From contig DAOMZT010000001.1 of assembly GCA_035400625.1 (NCBI GenBank), forward strand, positions 30,001 to 62,000: a stretch of 32,000 nucleotides of DNA. The letters run 5' to 3'. Shown in pieces: positions 17,972 to 25,449 of the stretch. Each line of letters starts with the position of its first letter. Position 1 is the stretch's first letter. The stretch comes from an archaeon. Its GTDB lineage: Archaea > Iainarchaeota > Iainarchaeia > Iainarchaeales > CSSED10-239. The notes under the pieces were generated by a model that searched no databases, had not been told where the DNA came from, and was given only the letters and a program-made list of their open reading frames with translations. Made by a program: the position numbers and the translations under genes.

Positions 17972-18669
17972 TTCAATATACTTTTTATATAATCTAATTT
18001 GTTTGTAATTATATCTATTCCTTTTGTTCTCAAAGTATCATATTCCCATGTAATGTGTAAAGTTATGCAATTATACTTCTTTAAAGGCATATTTTCTAAA
18101 GTACCATAATAATCAGATGTAACACACCTTAATTTGCGATTAAAAAAATAATTTTCAGAAAAAACAGTTTTAAATCCTTGATTAATTAATGCTATTTTTG
18201 TGTTCTTATTTAATATATTACAAGGTGGCACATAAATATCAATCTCTTTATTAAAATATCTATTTAGTATATTTTTTCCTTTTTCTATTTTTTCAGAAAT
18301 TTCGCTAACAGATTGATTTTCAAATTCATCAAACTGGTCCATTATTGTGTGGGTATTGTAAGGATCATTATTAGATTCTAATATTTTTGAATAATAATCA
18401 TAATTATGAGAATATCCATGCATTATTGGAATTAAATATTTATATTCTAGAATTCTATTATCAAAAAAATCAACAAGCACCTTTGGAACAATTGCTAAAT
18501 AAAAATACAATTGTCTTTTTTCAAATTCATCAAAAATCTTAAAAAAAGGTGTTAAATCATCTAATACAGGTCTTATCCCAGATGGATAATCATCTATTCT
18601 TATTGTTCTTTCCTTGTGGTTAAAAAATGTTAAAAATTTATTTAAAATAATTCTTTTTGACATAATCAC
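17968..18669 (-). CDS. Putative NodB-fold / DUF2334-like polysaccharide deacetylase-type protein
   Basis: IRIDDYP (compare the NodB motif-1 D-D) and MHGYSHNYD (compare the NodB motif-2 H-x3-H), then YVPPCN. This is a weak, motif-only call. Confidence 0.35.
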   Translation of the reverse strand: MIMSKRIILNKFLTFFNHKERTIRIDDYPSGIRPVLDDLTPFFKIFDEFEKRQLYFYLAIVPKVLVDFFDNRILEYKYLIPIMHGYSHNYDYYSKILESNNDPYNTHTIMDQFDEFENQSVSEISEKIEKGKNILNRYFNKEIDIYVPPCNILNKNTKIALINQGFKTVFSENYFFNRKLRCVTSDYYGTLENMPLKKYNCITLHITWEYDTLRTKGIDIITNKLDYIKSILN

Positions 18670-18692
18670 ACAAATTTTATAATTAATAGAGA

Positions 18693-19388
18693 TTATTTTT
18701 TTGTATCAATACATTTCAAATATCTTAAACCAATTATACTTCTATACACCTTTTTTTTTGAATGTTTAAAATCTGTTATTAATCTATAAAGCCATTCAAT
18801 TTTTAAATTAACCCAAATTCGTGGGGCTTCGGATTTATCTTTTGTTAAAAAATCAATTGCTGCGCCAATATTAATATATTTGCATTTATATAAAGAAAAT
18901 AACTGATTAGATAATATCTCTTGTTTTGGGGCACCAATAGCAACCCAAATATAATCAGGGTTAAACTTTTTTATTAATCGCAACATTTTTGTTTTTATGT
19001 CTTCTGAAAATTCAAATTCAGAAATATAAGGTGGATTATAAACCTCTATATTATTAAGTGGTATGCCAGTAATTTTATTTAATTTCTGCCTATTACAATT
19101 TGCAATAAAAAAATGCTTCTTTGATTTAGCGAAATTAGAAAGAATAAAACACTTTGTAATTGAAGGGCCTCTTTGCTGTTTTAAATTTAATTTTGAAGAA
19201 ATATATTTTCCATCAGGAAAATTAATATTATTTTCATTAGATATAAAATCAGCATATAATTTATTATTTTTATAATGCCAAAGGCTTTCATTATTTAAAA
19301 AATTAAAAATTTTATTAGAGTTAGTTTTAATTAAATTAATTGGGTTTTTTTTCGAAAATAGCAACTTCTTCATCTCTAAAAACCTCAT
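18693..19388 (-). CDS. WecG/TagA/CpsF-family glycosyltransferase (GT26)
   Basis: The family hallmark VAIGAPKQEILS, plus PDGKYIS and the PDYIWVAIG context. Confidence 0.8.
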   Translation of the reverse strand: MRFLEMKKLLFSKKNPINLIKTNSNKIFNFLNNESLWHYKNNKLYADFISNENNINFPDGKYISSKLNLKQQRGPSITKCFILSNFAKSKKHFFIANCNRQKLNKITGIPLNNIEVYNPPYISEFEFSEDIKTKMLRLIKKFNPDYIWVAIGAPKQEILSNQLFSLYKCKYINIGAAIDFLTKDKSEAPRIWVNLKIEWLYRLITDFKHSKKKVYRSIIGLRYLKCIDTKK

Positions 19389-19408
19389 ATATAATATGTT
19401 TGTCTAGC

Positions 19409-19455
19409 TATAAAAAGATATCTTATTAAATTATAAAAACAAATAGTTATAAAAA
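19409..19455. promoter_or_regulatory. Divergent promoter region with three TATAAAAA boxes (19409-19416, 19432-19439, 19448-19455)
   Basis: Read directly from the sequence. The outer boxes each lie 21-28 nt from the flanking start codons (19388 on the minus strand, 19476 on the plus strand). This fits archaeal TATA boxes driving leaderless or near-leaderless mRNAs. Confidence 0.4.
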
Positions 19456-19475
19456 TATCTAAATAGTAATTATTT

Positions 19476-20531
19476 ATGAAAACTGCACTAATAACTGGAA
19501 TTACAGGACAAGATGGTTCTTATTTAACTGAGTTTCTTTTAGAAAAAGGTTATGTAGTACATGGAATTATTAGAAGAGCAAGTGTTTTAAATACTTGGAG
19601 AATCGACCACTTATATAATAATCCTGAAATATTAGATAAGAAACTATTTTTACATTATGGAGACATTACAGATACTACTTCAGTACTAAATATTATTAAA
19701 GAAACAAAACCTGATGAAATATATAATCTTGCAGCACAGAGCCATGTTAAAGTTTCATTTGAAATTCCAGAAATTACTGCACAAATAGATGCCGTAGGCG
19801 TATTAAGATTACTAGAAGCAATTAGAAAACTAAATTTAGATAAAAAAATAAAATTATATCAAGCATCAACTTCAGAATTGTTTGGCAAAGTTATAGAAAC
19901 ACCTCAAAATGAAAATACACCTTTCTATCCTAGAAGTCCATATGGAATAGCAAAACTTTATGCTTTTTGGATTATTAAAAATTATAGAGAAGCATATAAT
20001 TTGTTTACTTGCAATGGAATATTATTTAATCATGAAAGCGAAAGAAGAGGATTTAATTTTGTAACACGAAAAATCACAATTGGACTTTCTAAAATAAAAT
20101 TAGGTAAGCAAGATTTTTTAGAATTAGGTAATTTAGATGCGAAAAGAGATTGGGGATATGCAAAAGATTATGTTGAAGCTATGTGGTTAATGCTACAAAA
20201 AGATACACCTGATGATTATGTAATTGCTACTGGAGAAACACACACAATTAGAGAATTTATTGAATGTGCTTGTAAAGAATTAGATATTCCATTAATTTGG
20301 CAAGGAGATGGATTAAATGAAATTGGTATAAATAAAGACAATGGTAAAACAATTATAAAAATAAATCCTAAATACTTTAGACCAACAGAAGTCGATCTCC
20401 TTTTAGGAGACCCATCTAAAGCAAAAAGAGATTTGAGTTGGGAAGCCAAAACTAAGTTTAAAGATTTAGTAAAAATAATGGTTAATCACGATTATAATTT
20501 AATAAAAAATAATAAAATAATATTATATTAA
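19476..20531 (+). CDS. gmd: GDP-mannose 4,6-dehydratase
   Basis: [45 protein letters not shown] (YxxxK) and NHESERRG are all canonical Gmd segments. Confidence 0.93.
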   Translation: MKTALITGITGQDGSYLTEFLLEKGYVVHGIIRRASVLNTWRIDHLYNNPEILDKKLFLHYGDITDTTSVLNIIKETKPDEIYNLAAQSHVKVSFEIPEITAQIDAVGVLRLLEAIRKLNLDKKIKLYQASTSELFGKVIETPQNENTPFYPRSPYGIAKLYAFWIIKNYREAYNLFTCNGILFNHESERRGFNFVTRKITIGLSKIKLGKQDFLELGNLDAKRDWGYAKDYVEAMWLMLQKDTPDDYVIATGETHTIREFIECACKELDIPLIWQGDGLNEIGINKDNGKTIIKINPKYFRPTEVDLLLGDPSKAKRDLSWEAKTKFKDLVKIMVNHDYNLIKNNKIILY

Positions 20532-20542
20532 AGGTGGTAAAA

Positions 20543-21487
20543 ATGAATACAAATTCAAAGATATTAATTTTAGGAAGTGGGGGGCTATTAGGTAGTGCAA
20601 TACACAGACAATTATTAAAAAAAGGATATACAAATATTTTAACCCCTAGAAGTAAAGAACTGAATCTTTTAGAAAAAGACCAAATTGAGAACTATTTAAA
20701 ATCTGAAAAACCAGAATTTATATTTATGATTGCCGGATTAGTTGGAGGGATACAAGGCAATAATAAAAGACCTGCTGATTTCTTGTATCAAAACAGTGTT
20801 ATGATATTAAATGTCATAGAAGCAATTAAAAATAATTGCCCAAAAGCAAAATTATTATACCCTGGATCCACATGTATATATCCTAAAGAAAATCCACAAC
20901 CAATTAATGAAGATAGATTTATGGCTGGAAAATTAGAGGAAACAAATAAAGGATATGCTGTAGCTAAAGGCGTAGGGGTTACTGCTTGTCAATTATACAG
21001 AAAACAATATGGAATTGATGCAATATGTGTAATGCCTACTAATTTATATGGATTTAACGACAATTACGATATAGAAAATGGACATATGCTTCCTGGATTA
21101 ATTAAAAAAATACTTTTAGCAAAAAAAAACGGAGATACACAAATTATACTTTGGGGTACAGGAACACCCAGAAGAGAAGCACTATATAGCGAAGATTGTG
21201 CTGATGCAATAATTTATTTAATGAATAATTATTCTTCAGATCAAATGATAAATATTGGGACAGGTTTTGATTATTCTATAAAAGAAATTGCAGAAATAAT
21301 AAAAAAAGAGATTGGTTGGGATGGCGAAATTAAATGGGATCTTTCAAAACCAGATGGTACTTTTGAAAAAAGAACAGACATACAAAGACTTAAAAAAATA
21401 TATCCTGAATTTAATCCAATAACATTAAAAGAAGGGGTTAATAAAATAATAAATGATAAAGAACAAATAGAAAGAATACTAAAATAA
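20543..21487 (+). CDS. fcl: GDP-L-fucose synthase (GDP-4-keto-6-deoxymannose 3,5-epimerase/4-reductase)
   Basis: ILILGSGGLLGSAI (Rossmann), YAVAKGVG (YxxxK) and PTNLYGFNDNYD. AAGGTGG (20531-20537) lies 5 nt before the ATG at 20543. The track start at GTG 20534 is less likely. Confidence 0.88.
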   Translation: MNTNSKILILGSGGLLGSAIHRQLLKKGYTNILTPRSKELNLLEKDQIENYLKSEKPEFIFMIAGLVGGIQGNNKRPADFLYQNSVMILNVIEAIKNNCPKAKLLYPGSTCIYPKENPQPINEDRFMAGKLEETNKGYAVAKGVGVTACQLYRKQYGIDAICVMPTNLYGFNDNYDIENGHMLPGLIKKILLAKKNGDTQIILWGTGTPRREALYSEDCADAIIYLMNNYSSDQMINIGTGFDYSIKEIAEIIKKEIGWDGEIKWDLSKPDGTFEKRTDIQRLKKIYPEFNPITLKEGVNKIINDKEQIERILK

Positions 21488-21527
21488 CACTAAGTGTTAC
21501 TATTAAATTTTATAAATGAGGTTATAT

Positions 21528-22508
21528 ATGAATATACTTGTTTGTGGTGGAGCTGGTTATATTGGAAGCCACACTGTTAAAGAACTTAAAAAAAGAGGTC
21601 ATAATCCAATAGTTTTTGATAATTTAGAAGCAGGACACAAAGAGGCAATTTCAAATTCAAAATTAATAATTGGAGATTTATCTGATTATCAACTACTGAA
21701 AGAAACACTAATTAATGAAAAAATAGATGCAGTTATACATTTTGCAGGATACATTGATGCTGCAGAATCTGTGTATCATCCTGAAAAATATTATGAAAAT
21801 AATGTAGTTAACACTATAACTCTTCTTAATTGCATGAATCAATGTAACATAAAAAAAATAATATTCTCATCTAGTGCCGCAGTCTATGGAATACCAAAAA
21901 CTAATCCGGTTACAGAAGATGCAAAACTAGAACCTATCAACAGTTACGGAGAAACCAAACTAGTTGTAGAAAGAATATTACATTTTTTTGAAGTCGCTCA
22001 TAATTTTAAATATATAGCACTAAGATACTTTAATGTATCAGGAGCAGATATAGAGGGTGAAATTGGGCCAGAACGTAATCCCCCAATACAATTAATTACA
22101 AAAGTTATTAAATCAATTGTTTCAGAAAAAGAATTCTATATTTTTGGAAACGATTTTGATACAAAAGATGGGACAGGAGTAAGAGATTATATACATGTAA
22201 CTGATTTAGCACAAGCACATATTCTTGCATTAGACTATCTTGAAAGAAATAACAAATCAAATATTTTTATTGTTGGAAGTGGAAATGGCTTTTCAGTTAC
22301 AGAAATAATTGATATGGCTCAAAAAACAATTGGCAAAAATGCTATTATAAAAAACTCAGAAAGAAGAGCAGGAGATCCTCCTATTGTTCTTGCAGATATA
22401 TCAAAAATTAAAAAAGAACTGGGATGGGAACCAAAATATTCAGATATTAAAACCATTATTTCTAAAGCATATAATTGGCACAAAATGCACCCAAATGGAT
22501 ATAAATGA
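21528..22508 (+). CDS. galE: UDP-glucose 4-epimerase
   Basis: MNILVCGGAGYIGSH, SSSAAVYG, YGETKLVVE (YxxxK), RYFNVSGAD and VRDYIHVTDLA. GAGGT lies 5 nt before the ATG at 21528. Confidence 0.88.
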   Translation: MNILVCGGAGYIGSHTVKELKKRGHNPIVFDNLEAGHKEAISNSKLIIGDLSDYQLLKETLINEKIDAVIHFAGYIDAAESVYHPEKYYENNVVNTITLLNCMNQCNIKKIIFSSSAAVYGIPKTNPVTEDAKLEPINSYGETKLVVERILHFFEVAHNFKYIALRYFNVSGADIEGEIGPERNPPIQLITKVIKSIVSEKEFYIFGNDFDTKDGTGVRDYIHVTDLAQAHILALDYLERNNKSNIFIVGSGNGFSVTEIIDMAQKTIGKNAIIKNSERRAGDPPIVLADISKIKKELGWEPKYSDIKTIISKAYNWHKMHPNGYK

Positions 22509-22573
22509 ATATTATAGACTAGATTAAAAAAACTTGCAAAACGGTTCTTTTAATATAATTAATTAAATCATTA

Positions 22574-24016
22574 CTAAATTTTTATTGTTTCTTTTATTTG
22601 TTTTAGAGTTATTGTTTTTGTTATAAATAATGTTGATATGTAGATTATCACACCAATTGCAATAGAAATTAACACATCAAACTTGTTGTGTAATACCCCT
22701 ATTGGATAAAAATAATTATAAAATATTAACCCTAATAACATAATTCCAGATGCAATCGCTGGTTTTATTAATGGGGAGAAATAATCTATTTTGATTATAT
22801 CAGATCTTATTTTTTTGTAACTTAAAATAAATATAACAACTTCTGCGATTATTGTTGTGATTGCTGCACCAACAATCCCTAACCAAGGTACAAATATAAA
22901 ATTTAATAAAAGATTTGTTCCGGTAGATACACCTAAAATCTTTAAAGAATATTTTTCTAAATTATTTGTAATTAATAAATAATAATTAACTAAGCCAACA
23001 GAGTTTAATAAAAAGAAAAGCATAACTAATTGAAATGCAATTGTACCGCCAAGATATTGACTTCCAAAGACTAGAGTTATTATTTGAGGTGCAAGATAAA
23101 TACAACCAATTGTTGCTGGGGCAGAAAACAAATAAATTAACAATAAATATTTATCAACTATGGATTTTAATTTCAGTTTATTATTTGAAACATTTGAAAG
23201 AACTGGGAAAAATGTAGTGCTTAAAATACCGATAAAACTTAAAAGAAAACCCAAAAATGTATTGCTTATAGAATATAAACCAGTTGCATAATTGCCCCTT
23301 ATATAAGTAATAAATATTCTATCTATATTAAAATAAATTGTCCAAAAAATGCATGTAAAAATAAAAGGAGATGCCAATATTAATTTTTGTTTAATGTATT
23401 TTTTATTTAATTTTAGATTTTTAATTTTTATAAATTTTTTAATTGCAAAAAAAGAAAAAACAAACACTACAACACTAGCTACTGCATTAGCTACAATTAT
23501 TCCAAACAATTTATAGTTCAAGACAATTACAAGGATCACTCCTAAAGTGTATGTAACTTTTTGAATAGCATCAGAGATTGCTTGATATTTGTTTTCTTGA
23601 AAACTAATTAAAAATGAAAGATTAAAATTACCTAATAAAAAAAAGCCCATGCCAATTGCATAAATTATAATTAAATCTATAGTTGATGATTTTTGAAATA
23701 AAGCAAAAATAAAAACAACTAAAATAAATAACAACGAAATTATAATTCTAAATAAAAAAAGATTGTTATAATATTCTTTGGCTTTTTTTGTGTTTTTTGA
23801 TATATCCCTTATAATCAAAGTATTTATCCCTAGATCGCCAATTATTGAAAAAATACTAACGAAAGAAATTATGAAGTTTAATTGACCATAGCCTTCTACT
23901 CCTAAATATCTTGGAATCAAAGTGATAGTTATGATTGAAAGAAGATAAATTATAATCTTAGAGAAAGCCATCCATTTTAGATTTTTAACAATTTTTTTCT
24001 TTTCGTGGGATTCCAT
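22574..24016 (-). CDS. MOP-superfamily oligosaccharide/polysaccharide flippase (Wzx-like)
   Basis: 480 aa with at least 12 hydrophobic spans. The N-terminus KNLKWMAFSKIIIYLLSIITITLIPRYLGVEGYGQ is typical of the Polysacc_synt family. Confidence 0.8.
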   Translation of the reverse strand: MESHEKKKIVKNLKWMAFSKIIIYLLSIITITLIPRYLGVEGYGQLNFIISFVSIFSIIGDLGINTLIIRDISKNTKKAKEYYNNLFLFRIIISLLFILVVFIFALFQKSSTIDLIIIYAIGMGFFLLGNFNLSFLISFQENKYQAISDAIQKVTYTLGVILVIVLNYKLFGIIVANAVASVVVFVFSFFAIKKFIKIKNLKLNKKYIKQKLILASPFIFTCIFWTIYFNIDRIFITYIRGNYATGLYSISNTFLGFLLSFIGILSTTFFPVLSNVSNNKLKLKSIVDKYLLLIYLFSAPATIGCIYLAPQIITLVFGSQYLGGTIAFQLVMLFFLLNSVGLVNYYLLITNNLEKYSLKILGVSTGTNLLLNFIFVPWLGIVGAAITTIIAEVVIFILSYKKIRSDIIKIDYFSPLIKPAIASGIMLLGLIFYNYFYPIGVLHNKFDVLISIAIGVIIYISTLFITKTITLKQIKETIKI

Positions 24017-24088
24017 GTTGATTTTCTTATTTGTTTGATATAAATATATTTTACAAATATTTATTAAGTATTTGGATTTAAGATATAT

Positions 24089-24535
24089 GTGAGCTTAATT
24101 GATTTTGTTGTAAAAAAGATAATAAAAAAAATGCCTTTGATCAATAGAATTAGTGAAGTGTTGATATGTTACTTAATTATTTCTATTATTGCAACAGTCT
24201 ATGATTTGGCTTTGCTTTTTATATTTACTGAGTTTATTGGCATTAACTATCTTATCTCTGCAACAATATCATACTGTATAGGTATTATTGTAGGATATAT
24301 TGGACAAAAAACCATAACTTTTAAAGACAAAGACAAAAGAATTGCAAAACAGTTTGGATTGTTTGCTTTTATTTCATTAATCGGATTGTTGATCAATCTA
24401 GGAGTGTTAAAGCTTTGCGTGGATGTCATAGGCTTGCATTATATGATTGGAAAAGTTATTGCTATAGGTGTTGGTTTTGTTTGGAACTATACAGCAAACA
24501 AGAAAATCACATTTAAAAAAAGAGAATCTAATTAA
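24089..24535 (+). CDS. GtrA-family membrane protein (second copy in the window)
   Basis: 4 TM spans, with ..LLFIFTEFIGINYLISATISY.. and the C-terminal WNYTANKKITFKK (GtrA pattern). The start is either GTG at 24089 or ATG at 24131. Confidence 0.75.
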   Translation: MSLIDFVVKKIIKKMPLINRISEVLICYLIISIIATVYDLALLFIFTEFIGINYLISATISYCIGIIVGYIGQKTITFKDKDKRIAKQFGLFAFISLIGLLINLGVLKLCVDVIGLHYMIGKVIAIGVGFVWNYTANKKITFKKRESN

Positions 24536-24546
24536 GATACCACTTA

Positions 24547-24612
24547 AATCTATGTTAAGTCTACTTAACATAGATTCGAATCTGTGTTAATTACAATTAA
24601 CATAGATTTTTT
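24547..24612 (+). repeat. Four alternating-orientation copies of an AATCT(A/G)TGTTAA unit forming two tandem hairpins, followed by T6
   Basis: Segment 1 AATCTATGTTAAGT (24547-24560) pairs with segment 2 ACTTAACATAGATT (24563-24576). Segment 3 AATCTGTGTTAATT (24579-24592) pairs with segment 4 AATTAACATAGATT (24595-24608) with one G-U. A TTTTTT run spans 24607-24612. The element starts 12 nt after the GtrA stop codon. Confidence 0.6.
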
Positions 24613-24650
24613 ACTAAATAAAGAAAAATACATTTAAATTGCAAAATAAC

Positions 24651-25319
24651 ATGAATACAGCAGAAATCAACAAAATCTATTATGTGCTTGAGAAAGCACT
24701 TAAAAAATATCCTTTGCCTTTTGCTGAGAGTGTTTATTTAGAATATAAAAAGCCTTTTTTTGTTTTGATTGCAACTATTCTTTCAGCAAGAACATTAGAC
24801 AAGACAACAGATGTTGTTTGCAAAAGGCTGTTTCTTAAAGTCAAAAGCTTTAAAGACCTAGAAAAGATATCTCAAAAAGAACTTGAAAAACTGCTATACC
24901 CAGTTGGGTTTTATAAGACTAAAGCCAAGCACTTAAAAGAATTACCTAAAGTGGTTAATGAGAAATTTGCAGGTAAAGTGCCTGATGAGATTGAGCAATT
25001 GTTAACGCTTCCTGGAGTTGGTAGAAAAACAGCTAACCTTGTTGTTTCTGTTGCCTTTGGTAAGCCAGGAATCTGTGTGGATACACATGTACATAGAATT
25101 ACTAATATCTTAGGGATAGTAAAAACAAAAAATCCACCAGAAACAGAAAAGGCCTTAAGAGAAGTTTTGCCTAAAAGGCTATGGAATAAAACAAATTATC
25201 TTTTTGTAACACTTGGGCAAAATATCTGCTTTTCTAGAAAGCCAAAATGTAGGGAATGCCCTATTGCTAAGATGTGTAGTGTTGGAAGAAGATTGAATAA
25301 TTCTAAAAAGACCTTCTAA
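24651..25319 (+). CDS. nth: Endonuclease III (HhH-GPD DNA glycosylase/AP lyase with a 4Fe-4S cluster)
   Basis: LPGVGRKTANLV (HhH), VDTHVHRI, and the C-terminal CFSRKPKCRECPIAKMC (C-x6-C-x2-C-x5-C). The ATG at 24651 is preferred over the track start at TTG 24639. Confidence 0.9.
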   Translation: MNTAEINKIYYVLEKALKKYPLPFAESVYLEYKKPFFVLIATILSARTLDKTTDVVCKRLFLKVKSFKDLEKISQKELEKLLYPVGFYKTKAKHLKELPKVVNEKFAGKVPDEIEQLLTLPGVGRKTANLVVSVAFGKPGICVDTHVHRITNILGIVKTKNPPETEKALREVLPKRLWNKTNYLFVTLGQNICFSRKPKCRECPIAKMCSVGRRLNNSKKTF

Positions 25320-25368
25320 GTTGGCACAATCTGTCTTGTAGTATTTACCATCAGAAGCAGGCATTTTC

Positions 25369-25393
25369 AGTTGTTGACAATTTGTCAACAACT
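25369..25393. terminator. Perfect 12-bp-arm palindrome AGTTGTTGACAA-T-TTGTCAACAACT between convergent genes; probable bidirectional terminator
   Basis: Read directly from the sequence. It is followed by a second small hairpin, AATTGG(25401-06)/CCAATT(25413-18), and by T/A runs. It lies between the nth stop (25319) and the beta-propeller gene stop (25450). Confidence 0.5.
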
Positions 25394-25449
25394 CAATTTC
25401 AATTGGTGACTGCCAATTCGCAATTTTCAAAAAAATAGAAAAAGAAAAG

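Noticed and set aside
21120-21130. A9 homopolymer inside fcl (GCA AAA AAA AAC) as a possible phase-variation slippage tract.
   Set aside because: A-runs of this length are common throughout this AT-rich, Lys-rich window. There is no evidence of an alternative frame or population heterogeneity from a single sequence.
24570-24584. The 9-nt match TTCGAATCT to the T-arm of the tRNA-Gln gene (3813-3821), considered as a possible att-site remnant marking the right end of a tRNA-targeted island.
   Set aside because: The match is only 9 nt and does not extend into the acceptor 3' half. It arises automatically from the junction of two inverted repeat units (AGATTC|GAATCT). No integrase is present in the window.
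25179-25430. 83-aa minus-strand ORF overlapping the 3' end of nth and the convergent spacer.
   Set aside because: It overlaps the well-supported nth Fe-S cluster region and runs through the 12-bp-arm terminator palindrome. No start context or motif was seen.
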